From IMG/VR virus record IMGVR_UViG_3300033757_000347: 64,000 nucleotides of DNA, one strand, 5' to 3'. The position numbers and the translations under genes are program-made. Shown here in pieces: positions 47,586-57,783 of this stretch (positions are counted from its first letter, which is position 1; each line of letters opens with the position of its first letter). The notes beneath the pieces are model-generated. The model had not been told where the DNA came from, did no database searches, and saw only the letters and a list, made by a program, of their open reading frames with translations. This stretch comes from a virus (lineage: Duplodnaviria; Caudoviricetes).

Positions 47586-48334
47586 TGTTTGTTTATAGAG
47601 TTACGAATTTGATAAATGGTAAAATTTATGTAGGCAAAAGTAAAAATAACGATCCAAAGTATTTTGGGTCAGGCCCATTAATTAAAAACGCGATTCTAAA
47701 ATACGGACTAGAAAATTTTCGCAAAGATATTCTTTGTGAGTGCAATACTCTATCTGACTTAAATGAACGAGAAGTTTTTTGGATAGAAAAATTAAATACA
47801 ACAAATAGAGCAGTTGGTTACAATTTGACTAAGGGAGGAGACGGTGGAGATACTTTTTCCAGTAGATCGATTATTTCTCAAAATATCACAAGAGAAAAAT
47901 TAAAAGAAAAAAACACTAACCTGACTGAATTAACTAAAGAAAAACACCGTCAAAATACAAAAAAATTATGGAAAAATTCTGATTTTAGAGAAAAAGTTCT
48001 TTCCAAGAAAAAAGAAGTAGAGAGTACGACCGAATATAAAGAAAAATTTTCTAAGAGAATGAAAGAAGTTTTTTCAACTGAAGAAAATCGACGCAAGCGA
48101 AGCGTAAATTCAAAAGGACCTAATAATTCGAGATGGCTTGGATACGCAGATTTATATGATAGGGATTCAAACTTAATTAAAAGATTTGAAAGTTTGAAAC
48201 ATCTTTTTTCAGAATACAAAATATCCTATCAAACCCGTATGAATTTAAAGAGTCACAATTCTGCTATTATTGAAAATTCACAAAAACGAAAATATCCATA
48301 CGCTGGTTATACTATTAAAATCACTAAATTCTAA
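47585..48334 (+). CDS. GIY-YIG homing endonuclease (Seg-like)
   Basis: FVYRVTNLINGKIYVG, YFGSG, E..WI, GYN...GG. Confidence 0.9.
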   Translation: MFVYRVTNLINGKIYVGKSKNNDPKYFGSGPLIKNAILKYGLENFRKDILCECNTLSDLNEREVFWIEKLNTTNRAVGYNLTKGGDGGDTFSSRSIISQNITREKLKEKNTNLTELTKEKHRQNTKKLWKNSDFREKVLSKKKEVESTTEYKEKFSKRMKEVFSTEENRRKRSVNSKGPNNSRWLGYADLYDRDSNLIKRFESLKHLFSEYKISYQTRMNLKSHNSAIIENSQKRKYPYAGYTIKITKF

Positions 48335-48381
48335 AACCAGAATGCTTTTCTGTGTATAAATTACCAAAATAACAAAGACAA

Positions 48382-48558
48382 ATGAAGAAGATTCTTTACC
48401 TGTTTGGCATCGTTTTAGTTCTTACTTTGGCAAGCTGCTCGTTCTTCGGATCGAAGGAAGCTCCAGAGAGTGCTGACACTACTGCAGTTCAGGTTGACAG
48501 CGTTGCTGTTGATAGCGCTGCTAATGCCGACACAACGAAGATCATGGTAACTCCGTAA
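48382..48558 (+). CDS. small lipoprotein
   Basis: MKKILY...LASC, followed by DTT/VDS repeats. Confidence 0.7.
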   Translation: MKKILYLFGIVLVLTLASCSFFGSKEAPESADTTAVQVDSVAVDSAANADTTKIMVTP

Positions 48559-48670
48559 GGTTTTACGTGAACAATGATGAAAAAAGGGGACCAAATGGCC
48601 CCTTTTTTCGTTTTTACCATAAACTTCTAGAGCTCTCGTAGTAATAGAAACTCAAATAAAAATTGCCTAT

Positions 48671-49411
48671 ATGATCGAAAAGGATTTTGAGTGGGGCCAA
48701 GCGAACGCTTGGTTCAAAGACACGATCGGCCAAGAGATATTCCAGAACCGAATTTACGAAAAACTGTACCCAGTGGAAGACGGAGACATAGTCGTTGACG
48801 TCGGTGCTAGCATAGGTCCATTCATGTACTCGTTGATGGGTAAAAAAGTAAAGCACATGTACTGCATTGAGCCAAGTCCCCAGGAATTCGAGACGCTTCA
48901 GATCAATGCTAAGAACATGAACTTTCCAGTAACCTGCTTGAACAAGGGAATCGGAGCAACTACCGGAACCGCCGAGATGGAGCTTTGGGGAACGTACAAG
49001 GACCAAGGACCTCAGCAGTTCGAGGTCGGAGAAGCTCCGTCAATATCGTTCAAAGATTTTTTGAAGAAGAACAAGATCGATCACATCGATTTTCTCAAAA
49101 CTGACTGCGAAGGAGGAGAGTACGACATCTTCAACATCGAAAACTTTTCCTGGATTCATGCTAACGTTAGAAAGATCGTTGGCGAGTGGCACCTTCAGAC
49201 TCCAAAGATGGTCCAGCAGTTCGTCAAGTTCAAGGACCTGTACTTGAGAACTTTTGATAAGTTTGAGGTCCATTCGGTCGATGGGTTCAACGTGACTCAG
49301 CACCTTCACGGAGATTGGTTCATCAGCTATTTCAAACAGGTCATAATTCACATAGACAATTCAGACAAAGTAACATTTGCACATGGCACCACAGGCACAA
49401 CATCAAATTAG
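48671..49411 (+). CDS. FkbM-family methyltransferase
   Basis: VVDVGASIG, IEP, IDFLKTDCEGGE, GEWH. Confidence 0.88.
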   Translation: MIEKDFEWGQANAWFKDTIGQEIFQNRIYEKLYPVEDGDIVVDVGASIGPFMYSLMGKKVKHMYCIEPSPQEFETLQINAKNMNFPVTCLNKGIGATTGTAEMELWGTYKDQGPQQFEVGEAPSISFKDFLKKNKIDHIDFLKTDCEGGEYDIFNIENFSWIHANVRKIVGEWHLQTPKMVQQFVKFKDLYLRTFDKFEVHSVDGFNVTQHLHGDWFISYFKQVIIHIDNSDKVTFAHGTTGTTSN

Positions 49412-49649
49412 GATAGGCTTGGAAAATTCCACAGCTATCGTTTGCGACTCTTGCAAAAACGACACATTCGTCGAAGTTAATTACTTGCGTCGCGTTTCAA
49501 AATTACTAACCGGAGCTCCGCAGGACATGGTGATGAACGTTCCGGCTTTCGCTTGCTCAAAGTGCGGTCACGTCAACGAGCAGTTCAGGATGCCAGAAGA
49601 AAAGAAACAGGAAGAAAAACCTGCTAGCCCGATAATAAGTCTACCTTGA
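49383..49649 (+). CDS. small Zn-ribbon protein
   Basis: CDSC...CSKCG. Confidence 0.7.
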   Translation: MAPQAQHQIRIGLENSTAIVCDSCKNDTFVEVNYLRRVSKLLTGAPQDMVMNVPAFACSKCGHVNEQFRMPEEKKQEEKPASPIISLP

Positions 49650-49690
49650 TAAGATTCACGGTTATCTCTGATAAATAAAAATAAACGGAG

Positions 49691-50371
49691 ATGATTATTT
49701 ACAAAACAACAAATCTTATTAATGGAAAATTTTACGTAGGTTTAGACACTAAAAATGATCCAAGTTATTTAGGGTCAGGTCTTCTTTTGAAAAAAGCAAT
49801 ACGGAGATATGGGCAAGAACAGTTTAGAAAGGAAATTTTAGAAGAATGCAAGACGGTAGAAGAATTAAGAGACCGCGAAATTTTTTGGATAAACAAGTTA
49901 TCTGCTCAAAACCCAAATGTTGGATATAATGTAGCAGATGGAGGGTTGGGCGGAGATACTTTTACAAATAACCCAAATAAAAGTCAAATTCGTAAAAAAC
50001 TAAGGAAAAATCACAGTGCTGAAACTAAAGAAAAAATTTCAAAAAACAATTGGAATTCAAAAACTAAAGGAGAAGGGCACTTTAAAACAGGAACAAAATG
50101 GACACCTGAACAAAGAGAAAAAATGATTAGGTTTTTTGAAGAGACAGGCGGCCCATTTAAAGGAAAAACTCATTCACTTGAATCAAAAGAAATCAATCGA
50201 AAAGCTCACTTAGGAACAGTAATGTCTAACGAAAGCAAACAAAAAATAGGATTTGCAAATAGAGGAACGATTCATAAAATCATAGAATGTCCATACTGCG
50301 GTAAAGCCGGCGGAAAACCGGCTATGGAACGTTGGCACTTTAAAAATTGTAAAAAATACAAAGATGAGTAA
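49691..50371 (+). CDS. GIY-YIG homing endonuclease with NUMOD3 repeats
   Basis: IIYKTTNLINGKFYVG, YLGSG, HS.ETK.KIS. Confidence 0.9.
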   Translation: MIIYKTTNLINGKFYVGLDTKNDPSYLGSGLLLKKAIRRYGQEQFRKEILEECKTVEELRDREIFWINKLSAQNPNVGYNVADGGLGGDTFTNNPNKSQIRKKLRKNHSAETKEKISKNNWNSKTKGEGHFKTGTKWTPEQREKMIRFFEETGGPFKGKTHSLESKEINRKAHLGTVMSNESKQKIGFANRGTIHKIIECPYCGKAGGKPAMERWHFKNCKKYKDE

Positions 50372-51068
50372 AATTCGCATAACTGTGATTAGCGATACTC
50401 ACACGAAGCACAAAGTTCTGAACACCATCCTCCCAGGTGGTGATCTGCTTATTCATGCAGGAGATCTTAGTTCAAGAGGGTACTCGCACGAAGTGCAAAA
50501 CTTTTGCAAGTGGTTCGATTCGATCAACAACTACGATCACAAGATCTTCATTGCTGGTAATCACGACTTTCTTTTTGAAAACCACCCAGACGAGGCAGCT
50601 CAAATAGTTAACTCTTACAAGTGGATCACCTACCTTCAGGATTCGTTCGTGTCAATCGGAGAAGATCCTGACGCTCTTGTCAAAGTGTACGGAAGTCCGT
50701 GGCAACCTGAATTTTACAATTGGGCTTTTAACCTTCCTAGAAAAGGAGAAGAACTAGCTAAGGTTTGGAACGACGTGCCAGACGATGTTGACATACTGAT
50801 CACTCACGGACCGTCGCACGGAACCTTAGACCAAGTAAAGGGCTGGTCAGATCAACTGGGTTGCGAACTCTTAGCAGCTAGGTTAGCTGTCATAAAACCA
50901 AAGATCCACGTGTGCGGTCACATTCACAGTGGGTACGGTTACGTGTTCGACGGATCGACTCATTACTTTAATGCATCGGTCCTAAACGAAAGGTACGAGT
51001 ACGAGTACGCACCAAAGACTTTCGATTGGGATCCGAAAACGAACGCTATAACTTTTGTAGAAAAATAA
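50364..51068 (+). CDS. metallophosphoesterase (MPPED-like)
   Basis: SDTH, HAGD, GNHD, THGP, GHIH. Confidence 0.9.
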   Translation: MSKIRITVISDTHTKHKVLNTILPGGDLLIHAGDLSSRGYSHEVQNFCKWFDSINNYDHKIFIAGNHDFLFENHPDEAAQIVNSYKWITYLQDSFVSIGEDPDALVKVYGSPWQPEFYNWAFNLPRKGEELAKVWNDVPDDVDILITHGPSHGTLDQVKGWSDQLGCELLAARLAVIKPKIHVCGHIHSGYGYVFDGSTHYFNASVLNERYEYEYAPKTFDWDPKTNAITFVEK

Positions 51069-51077
51069 ACAATCGCA

Positions 51078-51920
51078 ATGCTAAACGTAAAGTACGATAG
51101 GCTTAAAAACGAAACGATCGTTGAGCTGCAAAGGTTTACGATGTTTAAACCGGAAGAACTTCCGTTAATCGCAGAATTCAGAAAATCGATAGACGGAGTT
51201 CTATCTTGGATGTCGCCTGTTCCTGAAGGAACTTGGGCATCGTGGAAGGGCGGAGAAACCCTGTACGATGTATTCATCAACACTGCTCAGGGAAAAAGAG
51301 TCATGCACTGGAAGTTCGACGTTAGAGAACACGGAGACCAGCTGGAAAAAACTTTCTACCATTTCATCAAGAACCTTCCTTACCGATCTAAAGGCTTGGT
51401 ACTAGGTTCACACGATGGAACCTTCGGCCACTGGGTATTTCCGGTGTTCAACGACGAAGCAGACGTAGTCATAGTGGACGGAAGCGAGAAACAGTTCGAA
51501 GCGGTAAAGAAAAATTACGCCCACCTGTCAAACGCGAAATTCGTCAACGAGATTGTCACGACGGACGGAGCTGACGTTGATTGGCTGCAGGGCGGCGAGG
51601 GTTTCACAGACACAGTAAGAAAGGACGTTATCGCTCACTTCATTGAGGATGACAAGATAAAGCACACGCAGAGATCCTCAATCGCTATCAACGATCTCAT
51701 CGAGCAGAACGGCGGGTACTTTGATTGGATTCACTTTGACGTGGAAGGGTTGGATGCAGACCTCATACTTTCCCTGAAGTACGAACCTCTCCTGATGATC
51801 TTTGAAACTATGCACATTCCGTCCACTCAGTACTCTGAACTATTGGATTGGATGCAGGAACACAATTACAAATTATTCAACGATGGCTCTAACGCGATCG
51901 CGATAAAAAAAATAAACTGA
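51078..51920 (+). CDS. FkbM-like methyltransferase
   Basis: LGSHDG, DWIHFDVEGLD, FE..H. Confidence 0.75.
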   Translation: MLNVKYDRLKNETIVELQRFTMFKPEELPLIAEFRKSIDGVLSWMSPVPEGTWASWKGGETLYDVFINTAQGKRVMHWKFDVREHGDQLEKTFYHFIKNLPYRSKGLVLGSHDGTFGHWVFPVFNDEADVVIVDGSEKQFEAVKKNYAHLSNAKFVNEIVTTDGADVDWLQGGEGFTDTVRKDVIAHFIEDDKIKHTQRSSIAINDLIEQNGGYFDWIHFDVEGLDADLILSLKYEPLLMIFETMHIPSTQYSELLDWMQEHNYKLFNDGSNAIAIKKIN

Positions 51921-51922
51921 CA

Positions 51923-52579
51923 ATGGCAGTTGGAGTTTACAAAGTAACCGAAGAATTTGAAAAAGCGTTAGCTGATTACACAGGCGCACCGTACGCGGTG
52001 ACGGTTGACAATATGTCCAACGCTCTGTTCTTAGCTCTCTATTACGAAAAAGTAAAGGGAATGGAAATAACTATTCCTGCCAGAACTTACCCATCGGTTC
52101 CGTGCGAGATCATTCACGCTGGAGCTATGGTGAAGTTCGAACCTGTCGAAGGTACCAAACTGAAGGGAATGTACCAGCTGAAACCTACTAACGTTTGGGA
52201 TTCAGCGCTTCGATTTACAGCAGACATGTACGTTCCAGGACAGCACATCTGCATCTCGTTCACTGGACCGTACAAACACTTTAAACTGTCAAAAGGTGGA
52301 GCCATCCTAACCGATAGTTTAGAAGCGTATCACTGGTTCAAGCGAGCTAGGTTTTCCGGTAGAAGAGAAACATCGTACCACGATGATTACTTTGACATGC
52401 TTGGCTGGAACTTTTACATGATGCCGGAATTAGCAGCCAGAGGTCTTCTTCTCATACAGCAATTCTACAACATGGACGGGTCGAAGAAGAGTAATCCTGA
52501 CTTGGAGCTTCCGTACCCCGATCTTTCTAAGTTCGAAGTGTACACCAATGCTAACAGAGATCAGCATGAAAGAACCTAA
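51923..52579 (+). CDS. DegT/DnrJ/EryC1/StrS PLP aminotransferase (short)
   Basis: FE..LA.Y.G, TYPSV, DSA, SF...K, GG. Confidence 0.8.
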   Translation: MAVGVYKVTEEFEKALADYTGAPYAVTVDNMSNALFLALYYEKVKGMEITIPARTYPSVPCEIIHAGAMVKFEPVEGTKLKGMYQLKPTNVWDSALRFTADMYVPGQHICISFTGPYKHFKLSKGGAILTDSLEAYHWFKRARFSGRRETSYHDDYFDMLGWNFYMMPELAARGLLLIQQFYNMDGSKKSNPDLELPYPDLSKFEVYTNANRDQHERT

Positions 52580-53183
52580 AAAAATAGCTTTATTCGGGTA
52601 TGGTGGTCATGCCAGAGAAGTTGCTGCCCAGATAGGACAGCCTGTAACTTTTTTTGTCGACCAAAAGTACGCTAGAGGTAATATACTGTCGATCGATGAT
52701 TTCGATCCATCCGAGTACGTGATGATGATATGCGTGGCTGAACCGATCGATAGAGAATCTATCGAAGCTAGGCTACCTAAGGAAACCACCTACTTTACTT
52801 TCGTGCACCGTACCGCTCTGATCATGGACCCTGACCTGGTTAGCATAGGTCCCGGCTCGTTTGTTGGAGCTTACTCGATAATAACTACGAACGTTCAGAT
52901 AGGAAAGCACGCTATCTTAAATCGAGCAGTGCACATCGGTCACGATACGAGAATAGGGGACTTTTTCAGCGCAATGCCTGGATCTATAGTGTCTGGCACG
53001 TGCAACCTCGGAGATCGGGTGTACTTGGGAACAAATTCGTCAGTACGGGAAAAGTCCAAAATCGACAGTGACGTTACTCTCGGAATGAATTCGTGCTTGG
53101 TCGAAAAAGAATACGTTACTCCAGGAATATACGTTGGGGTTCCTGCAAAAATATTAAAGTTGAAGAATGATAGAACTGCCTAA
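52566..53183 (+). CDS. NeuD/PglD-like sugar acetyltransferase
   Basis: GYGGHAREV, hexapeptide repeats, GHD, VGVPAK. Confidence 0.88.
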   Translation: MKEPKKIALFGYGGHAREVAAQIGQPVTFFVDQKYARGNILSIDDFDPSEYVMMICVAEPIDRESIEARLPKETTYFTFVHRTALIMDPDLVSIGPGSFVGAYSIITTNVQIGKHAILNRAVHIGHDTRIGDFFSAMPGSIVSGTCNLGDRVYLGTNSSVREKSKIDSDVTLGMNSCLVEKEYVTPGIYVGVPAKILKLKNDRTA

Positions 53184-54126
53184 CGATCCAGGTAAGATAA
53201 ACTTTATAGTAGCCGTTCACGTTAACTTTGCAAACGTTCTAACCGGCGGAGTCGTTGCTATGCACCGGCTAGCTTACATGCTCGCAGAAAGAGGTCACAA
53301 CGTTTTCATGTTCACTCACCCAGAGTACCCCCATCCTAACATAAAGGTCATAAATTCGTGGAAGACTTCTACTCACGGGTTCGTTGAATTTTACGCTTGG
53401 GACCAGTTCAGCTTTCTTTACAAGAACACTGTCGTGATCTACCCGCAGATCGCTAGGGGAAACCCAGTTGGGGCTGCTCATGTTGTTAGGTGGCTCCTTT
53501 ACGACACTGAGAAGCTTCTCGAAGATGCGTACGGCGAAAACGATGTTTACGCAAACTTCGGAAACTTCAAGTCATACAGAAATGTTGAACACCTTCCTCT
53601 TACCACGTTCAACTATTACATGGACAAGCTTTACATCACCAACACAGGAAAGAGAAAGGGTTTTTGTCACATGTACCACAAGCACACCCCGCCAGGAGGA
53701 GAAAACTTGATAAACCAACTGTCGTCGATGGACCTTACCGGTTGGAAGACTCTTGGAAATTACGATTACTTGAGAGAGCACTTCAACCAATACGAATACA
53801 TGCTCACGTACGATCAGAAAAGTTTTTACACAGTTGCTGCTGGCCTGTGCGGGTGTAAGTCGATCATACTGAACCCTGGCCAATCTTACGAATTTGCTCC
53901 AAACGCTAACTCTGACTCCGAAGACTACAAGAAAATTCTCACCCCGGAAGAATACAGAGAAAGGAACCCAATCCAAAGGTACGGCGTTGCTTATGGGTTT
54001 GATGACATACATTGGGCAAACACAACGATAGGTCAGGTAACCGATCACATAAAGGAACTCGAAAGAAGGGACACCGAAACGGTTGATAACTTTGTGAAGT
54101 ATTGGGAAAATAAAATATTCGCATAA
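53167..54126 (+). CDS. WavQ-like glycosyltransferase
   Basis: GG..AMH.L, IYP...GNP, VVRWLL, YD, A.LCGC. Confidence 0.65.
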   Translation: MIELPNDPGKINFIVAVHVNFANVLTGGVVAMHRLAYMLAERGHNVFMFTHPEYPHPNIKVINSWKTSTHGFVEFYAWDQFSFLYKNTVVIYPQIARGNPVGAAHVVRWLLYDTEKLLEDAYGENDVYANFGNFKSYRNVEHLPLTTFNYYMDKLYITNTGKRKGFCHMYHKHTPPGGENLINQLSSMDLTGWKTLGNYDYLREHFNQYEYMLTYDQKSFYTVAAGLCGCKSIILNPGQSYEFAPNANSDSEDYKKILTPEEYRERNPIQRYGVAYGFDDIHWANTTIGQVTDHIKELERRDTETVDNFVKYWENKIFA

Positions 54127-54962
54127 TGGAGAACTTACACTTACTGCAGACCGGCCGAGGAACGTACTTCGACCGCAACATCAACATACTATCTTGGACA
54201 GACGATTCAAAGGTCATAGTCGGTCGATACTGTTCAATCGCTAGAGATTGCACTTTCCTGCTAAACGCAAATCACCGGCCTGACTGGGTTACCACTTCAA
54301 CTACTCTGTTAGGACCAGTGAGTCCGGAATTAGATGAGTATCTCAATCACACCCTAGGCCACAATTCTTCAAGAGGCGACATCATCATAGGGAACGACGT
54401 TTGGATAGGAACCAAATCTATCATCATGTCTGGAGTTAAGATAGGAGACGGCGCTGTGATAGCTGCAGGATCCGTTGTTTCAAAAGACGTAAAACCGTAC
54501 ACAGTGGTCGGCGGAAATCCAGCTCAGCTACTGTACACTAGATTCTCTTCAGAAGTGGTTGAAAAACTGATGCAGATAAAATGGTGGGACTGGTCAGACC
54601 GCCGAATAAAGGAACTGTCAAAGTTCATGTGGAGCGATGACATAATGGCTTTTATTGCTAGGGCAATGTACGACATGCAAGAAGTAAAGAAAGTCGAGAT
54701 ACTTTCTGTCGAAGACAACCGGAGAGTTTACTTTCAGAACGTGACTTCGAAACCGCTTAACTGCGAGGTTCGTTTTCAAAATCACGACAGCTCGCTAATT
54801 TACGCAGAACCCATGGTTCTTATTCCTGACATCGTTTATTTTTCGGAACAGTTTGATTCGTCAGAAGACCGCCGGTTTATGGTTTTAGACTTAGAAACCA
54901 GCGAAATTTTGAACGAAACCGAGGTTCAAAAGAAAGTAAAAGACGAAACACCTCTGTCCTAG
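54126..54962 (+). CDS. CatB/Vat-like hexapeptide O-acetyltransferase with C-terminal extension
   Basis: GRYCSIA, IGNDVWIG, VGGNPA, WWDW. Confidence 0.88.
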   Translation: MENLHLLQTGRGTYFDRNINILSWTDDSKVIVGRYCSIARDCTFLLNANHRPDWVTTSTTLLGPVSPELDEYLNHTLGHNSSRGDIIIGNDVWIGTKSIIMSGVKIGDGAVIAAGSVVSKDVKPYTVVGGNPAQLLYTRFSSEVVEKLMQIKWWDWSDRRIKELSKFMWSDDIMAFIARAMYDMQEVKKVEILSVEDNRRVYFQNVTSKPLNCEVRFQNHDSSLIYAEPMVLIPDIVYFSEQFDSSEDRRFMVLDLETSEILNETEVQKKVKDETPLS

Positions 54963-54965
54963 AAG

Positions 54966-55151
54966 ATGGCAAAGTTGAAAATCAACAAGAAAGCACTCTA
55001 CAAGAAAACTCTTGAGCAAGCACTGGCTGACGAGAATTACGAGAGTGCAGCTGCTATAAGGGATCTACTACCAACTATTCCAGACGACGAGATAATAGAG
55101 GTAGACGACGAAGAAACACCTGAAAAAACAGACGAAGAAGAATGTGTCTAA
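54966..55151 (+). CDS. UvrB/UvrC-motif small protein
   Basis: ALADENYESAAAIRD. Confidence 0.65.
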   Translation: MAKLKINKKALYKKTLEQALADENYESAAAIRDLLPTIPDDEIIEVDDEETPEKTDEEECV

Positions 55152-55858
55152 TTAAGAACCAAACACCGTACATTGGAAAGATCTTTCTGACCTTTGAAAA
55201 GTACCCGGAGCACAGCGGAAGAACTGTGCTGAACAAAATTCACATTAACCTTGGCTTCACTAAGTTAGTGAGTCGAATGAAGCCTAACATGACACCGAAC
55301 GGTAGAGGTTGGGACGTTGATCCTAAAAAGATCTTCGCGATCAATTCTCGAACCGGTTTGACAGTAAGAGATTACAGAGTTGATGACAAATTGCCAGAGT
55401 CAGAAGGCACTATCTACAATGCGTGCTTGAACCCGGATGGGATCCTAGTTGGGGACATCGAAGACGGATGGGACTATTTCAAAAACGGCTTGGTCTCTGT
55501 GCCTGGAACTCACCCAAGAGTAGCATGGTGCGAAGATACGTTCTCTTGGATCGGTTTTTCTCACAGAGCTGCTCAGAGTTTCACGATAGGAGACAAGCTA
55601 TTTGAGCCGGACTGGACCCCAACCGACGATGAGTTGAACGAGTACCAGAAGTACTACGTGAAGTACTTGAACGAGTTCGAAGAAGAGTACTCAGAATGGG
55701 AGAATAGCGATTCTCCGCACAAAGTACCTGAATCGGAAATGACGCTGAACGCATGGGCAGCTCAGTTCATCCCGTTTACTCTTCACGGAAGAGTTACAAT
55801 CGAAACGAAGGAACAGGCTCTAGAAGCAGCAACAAACTTTGCAACGTACGTAAGCTAA
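55142..55858 (+). CDS. hypothetical phage protein
   Basis: W.GFSHRA..F.IGD; ends A..FA..VS. Confidence 0.7.
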   Translation: MCLIKNQTPYIGKIFLTFEKYPEHSGRTVLNKIHINLGFTKLVSRMKPNMTPNGRGWDVDPKKIFAINSRTGLTVRDYRVDDKLPESEGTIYNACLNPDGILVGDIEDGWDYFKNGLVSVPGTHPRVAWCEDTFSWIGFSHRAAQSFTIGDKLFEPDWTPTDDELNEYQKYYVKYLNEFEEEYSEWENSDSPHKVPESEMTLNAWAAQFIPFTLHGRVTIETKEQALEAATNFATYVS

Positions 55859-56115
55859 TGGGAGAAAAGAAAGGATCGGAACTAAAAGCTCTTCACGAAA
55901 AGCAAGAGTTTATCAGGACAGCTGAGGAATTCGCTGAGAAATTATTAATTGATCCTTACCAACCTGGAATAGTTCACCCTAACATAGGCGGAGATGACAT
56001 TCAGGAGATAGTAGACGACGTTCTATTCATAAGAGGATTTTCAGAAGTAACAGTAAAAATAATCAAGGGCACGGACGGATTGACAGTTTCAGCCGAAGTC
56101 CTTAACCGTAAGTAA
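55858..56115 (+). CDS. hypothetical protein
   Basis: ORF track; start moved to the ATG at 55858. Confidence 0.6.
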   Translation: MGEKKGSELKALHEKQEFIRTAEEFAEKLLIDPYQPGIVHPNIGGDDIQEIVDDVLFIRGFSEVTVKIIKGTDGLTVSAEVLNRK

Positions 56116-56116
56116 C

Positions 56117-56362
56117 ATGAAAAACATTTACAAGAGTGAAATATTCGGAGAGATGATGAGTCTGTCCGACGAAGACTTGGCTAGCATCGATTGCAAGTCT
56201 ATGGTCATAATGCAGGAAGTAAAAAGAGGCAGAGCTATCCAGGAACCGCGTCTGATTATGACCAGCACGGACGGAAAGCAAACGATAGTAGACGGTGTGA
56301 TCGTCAGACGGACCACGCTAGCTCAGATACGATCAAAAGTCGAAGAACAGCTGGTAAAATAA
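56117..56362 (+). CDS. hypothetical protein
   Basis: ORF track. Confidence 0.6.
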   Translation: MKNIYKSEIFGEMMSLSDEDLASIDCKSMVIMQEVKRGRAIQEPRLIMTSTDGKQTIVDGVIVRRTTLAQIRSKVEEQLVK

Positions 56363-56372
56363 CGAAAAGAAA

Positions 56373-57227
56373 ATGAGAAAATTGTCCAAACAATTCAGGA
56401 TTAGGTTAAAAAAGTTCTGGTGGGACATGGTAAACTTCCCCGTATCCGTCGCATTTAGGGTACGGGGAATTTTCGGTTTTCCATCTTGGGAAAGAGGAGA
56501 AAGGATAGGTAGCGAATGGACTATCGTCGACGATGAAAATTTTGACGATACTGATAATTGGCGCATCCTAAACCAAAATGATTGGGGAAGCGCACGTCCT
56601 GACAACCTGTGCGTGTACGTTCCGACCAACGTTATCTGCGAAAACAGCATCGTCAGTCTGCAAACTATAAAGGAAACAGCAACCGGCAAAGGTTGGGAAG
56701 GAGAGGAAATCACAAGGGACTACACGTCTGGTTGGATAGAAACCAAGTATCGTTTACCTATGGAAGGAGTGTCAATGTTCAGGTCAAAATTTCGGTGTCA
56801 AAGAGACCTAGGTTCTTGGAAAGCTTACTGGTTGTTTAAGAACTACGGCAAACGGTACCAAGAAATAGACGGGTTTGAGATCTTTGCTCATTCCGAAAAG
56901 AACCTTAGCCAGTGGTCTTCTACTGTTCACTGGGGCCCATCCGGTGACAATAGAACGATGTACGGCCACCACGTAAAGCTAAATACTTCCGACTGGATAA
57001 TCATGGACATCATCGTTGACCAGAACAGAAAGAGAGTGAAGGTAAAGATCAACGGCGTGCTCGCGTACGTTACTGGAATTGGAGTTCCTGAAGCTTGCGA
57101 TGAAATGATCGCGATCTTTTCCGACAGCGCTTCCTTGCACGGAGGAAAGGTAACGATCGAACAGGTGGAAGCAAATCTGCCATACTTGATGCAGATCGAT
57201 TATTTTAGGTCGTACATAAAGGCTTGA
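56373..57227 (+). CDS. glycoside hydrolase family 16
   Basis: YTSG, W.AYWL, catalytic EIDGFE, MQIDYFR. Confidence 0.82.
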   Translation: MRKLSKQFRIRLKKFWWDMVNFPVSVAFRVRGIFGFPSWERGERIGSEWTIVDDENFDDTDNWRILNQNDWGSARPDNLCVYVPTNVICENSIVSLQTIKETATGKGWEGEEITRDYTSGWIETKYRLPMEGVSMFRSKFRCQRDLGSWKAYWLFKNYGKRYQEIDGFEIFAHSEKNLSQWSSTVHWGPSGDNRTMYGHHVKLNTSDWIIMDIIVDQNRKRVKVKINGVLAYVTGIGVPEACDEMIAIFSDSASLHGGKVTIEQVEANLPYLMQIDYFRSYIKA

Positions 57228-57259
57228 TAATTGGTACAATAATCCAAACACTTAATACC

Positions 57260-57547
57260 ATGGCAAAATTCAGAAAAGCTAAAGAAGCCGTCGAAAGCAG
57301 GTCGGACAAGATTAAGAAAGCCTTGACCGGCTTTTTAATGGAAGATTGTGGCATCGACGGTGATGTTATGACCAATCCATGCGGAGAGGTGGTCGTCAGA
57401 ACCGATGATTACATCAGCCCAACAGATTTGCAAAATATGCAGGAAAAAGCTAAGGAGCTTAACTGCTTCCTAGCAATTCGACCGTCAGTCGACGAAGATT
57501 ACGATTCGGTCGGAAAGGTCGACTTCATCTTCGATCCGCAGTACTAA
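57260..57547 (+). CDS. hypothetical protein
   Basis: ORF track. Confidence 0.65.
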   Translation: MAKFRKAKEAVESRSDKIKKALTGFLMEDCGIDGDVMTNPCGEVVVRTDDYISPTDLQNMQEKAKELNCFLAIRPSVDEDYDSVGKVDFIFDPQY

Positions 57548-57548
57548 A

Positions 57549-57761
57549 ATGGCAAAACAGAAAAAAGTAAAGGTCAGGCTTCTGGTTCCAGTCGATCTGG
57601 AAATAGAGCCTGACTATTGCTTGGAAGCATACGGTCAAACTGTAGAACAAGTAATACATGGAGTTCGAAGAGACTTAGCCGGTAAAACGTTTAGCACTAT
57701 GTCCGGTGGGTACTACCATGCCAAGAAAAAGTGCCGAATCAAAGATATTATCGTACAATAA
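57549..57761 (+). CDS. hypothetical protein
   Basis: ORF track. Confidence 0.6.
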   Translation: MAKQKKVKVRLLVPVDLEIEPDYCLEAYGQTVEQVIHGVRRDLAGKTFSTMSGGYYHAKKKCRIKDIIVQ

Positions 57762-57783
57762 GCAATAATCAAAGTTGACAAAC

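Noticed and set aside
54126-54962. Antibiotic-resistance gene (cat/vat)
   Set aside because: The sugar-modification context favours a glycan acetyltransferase
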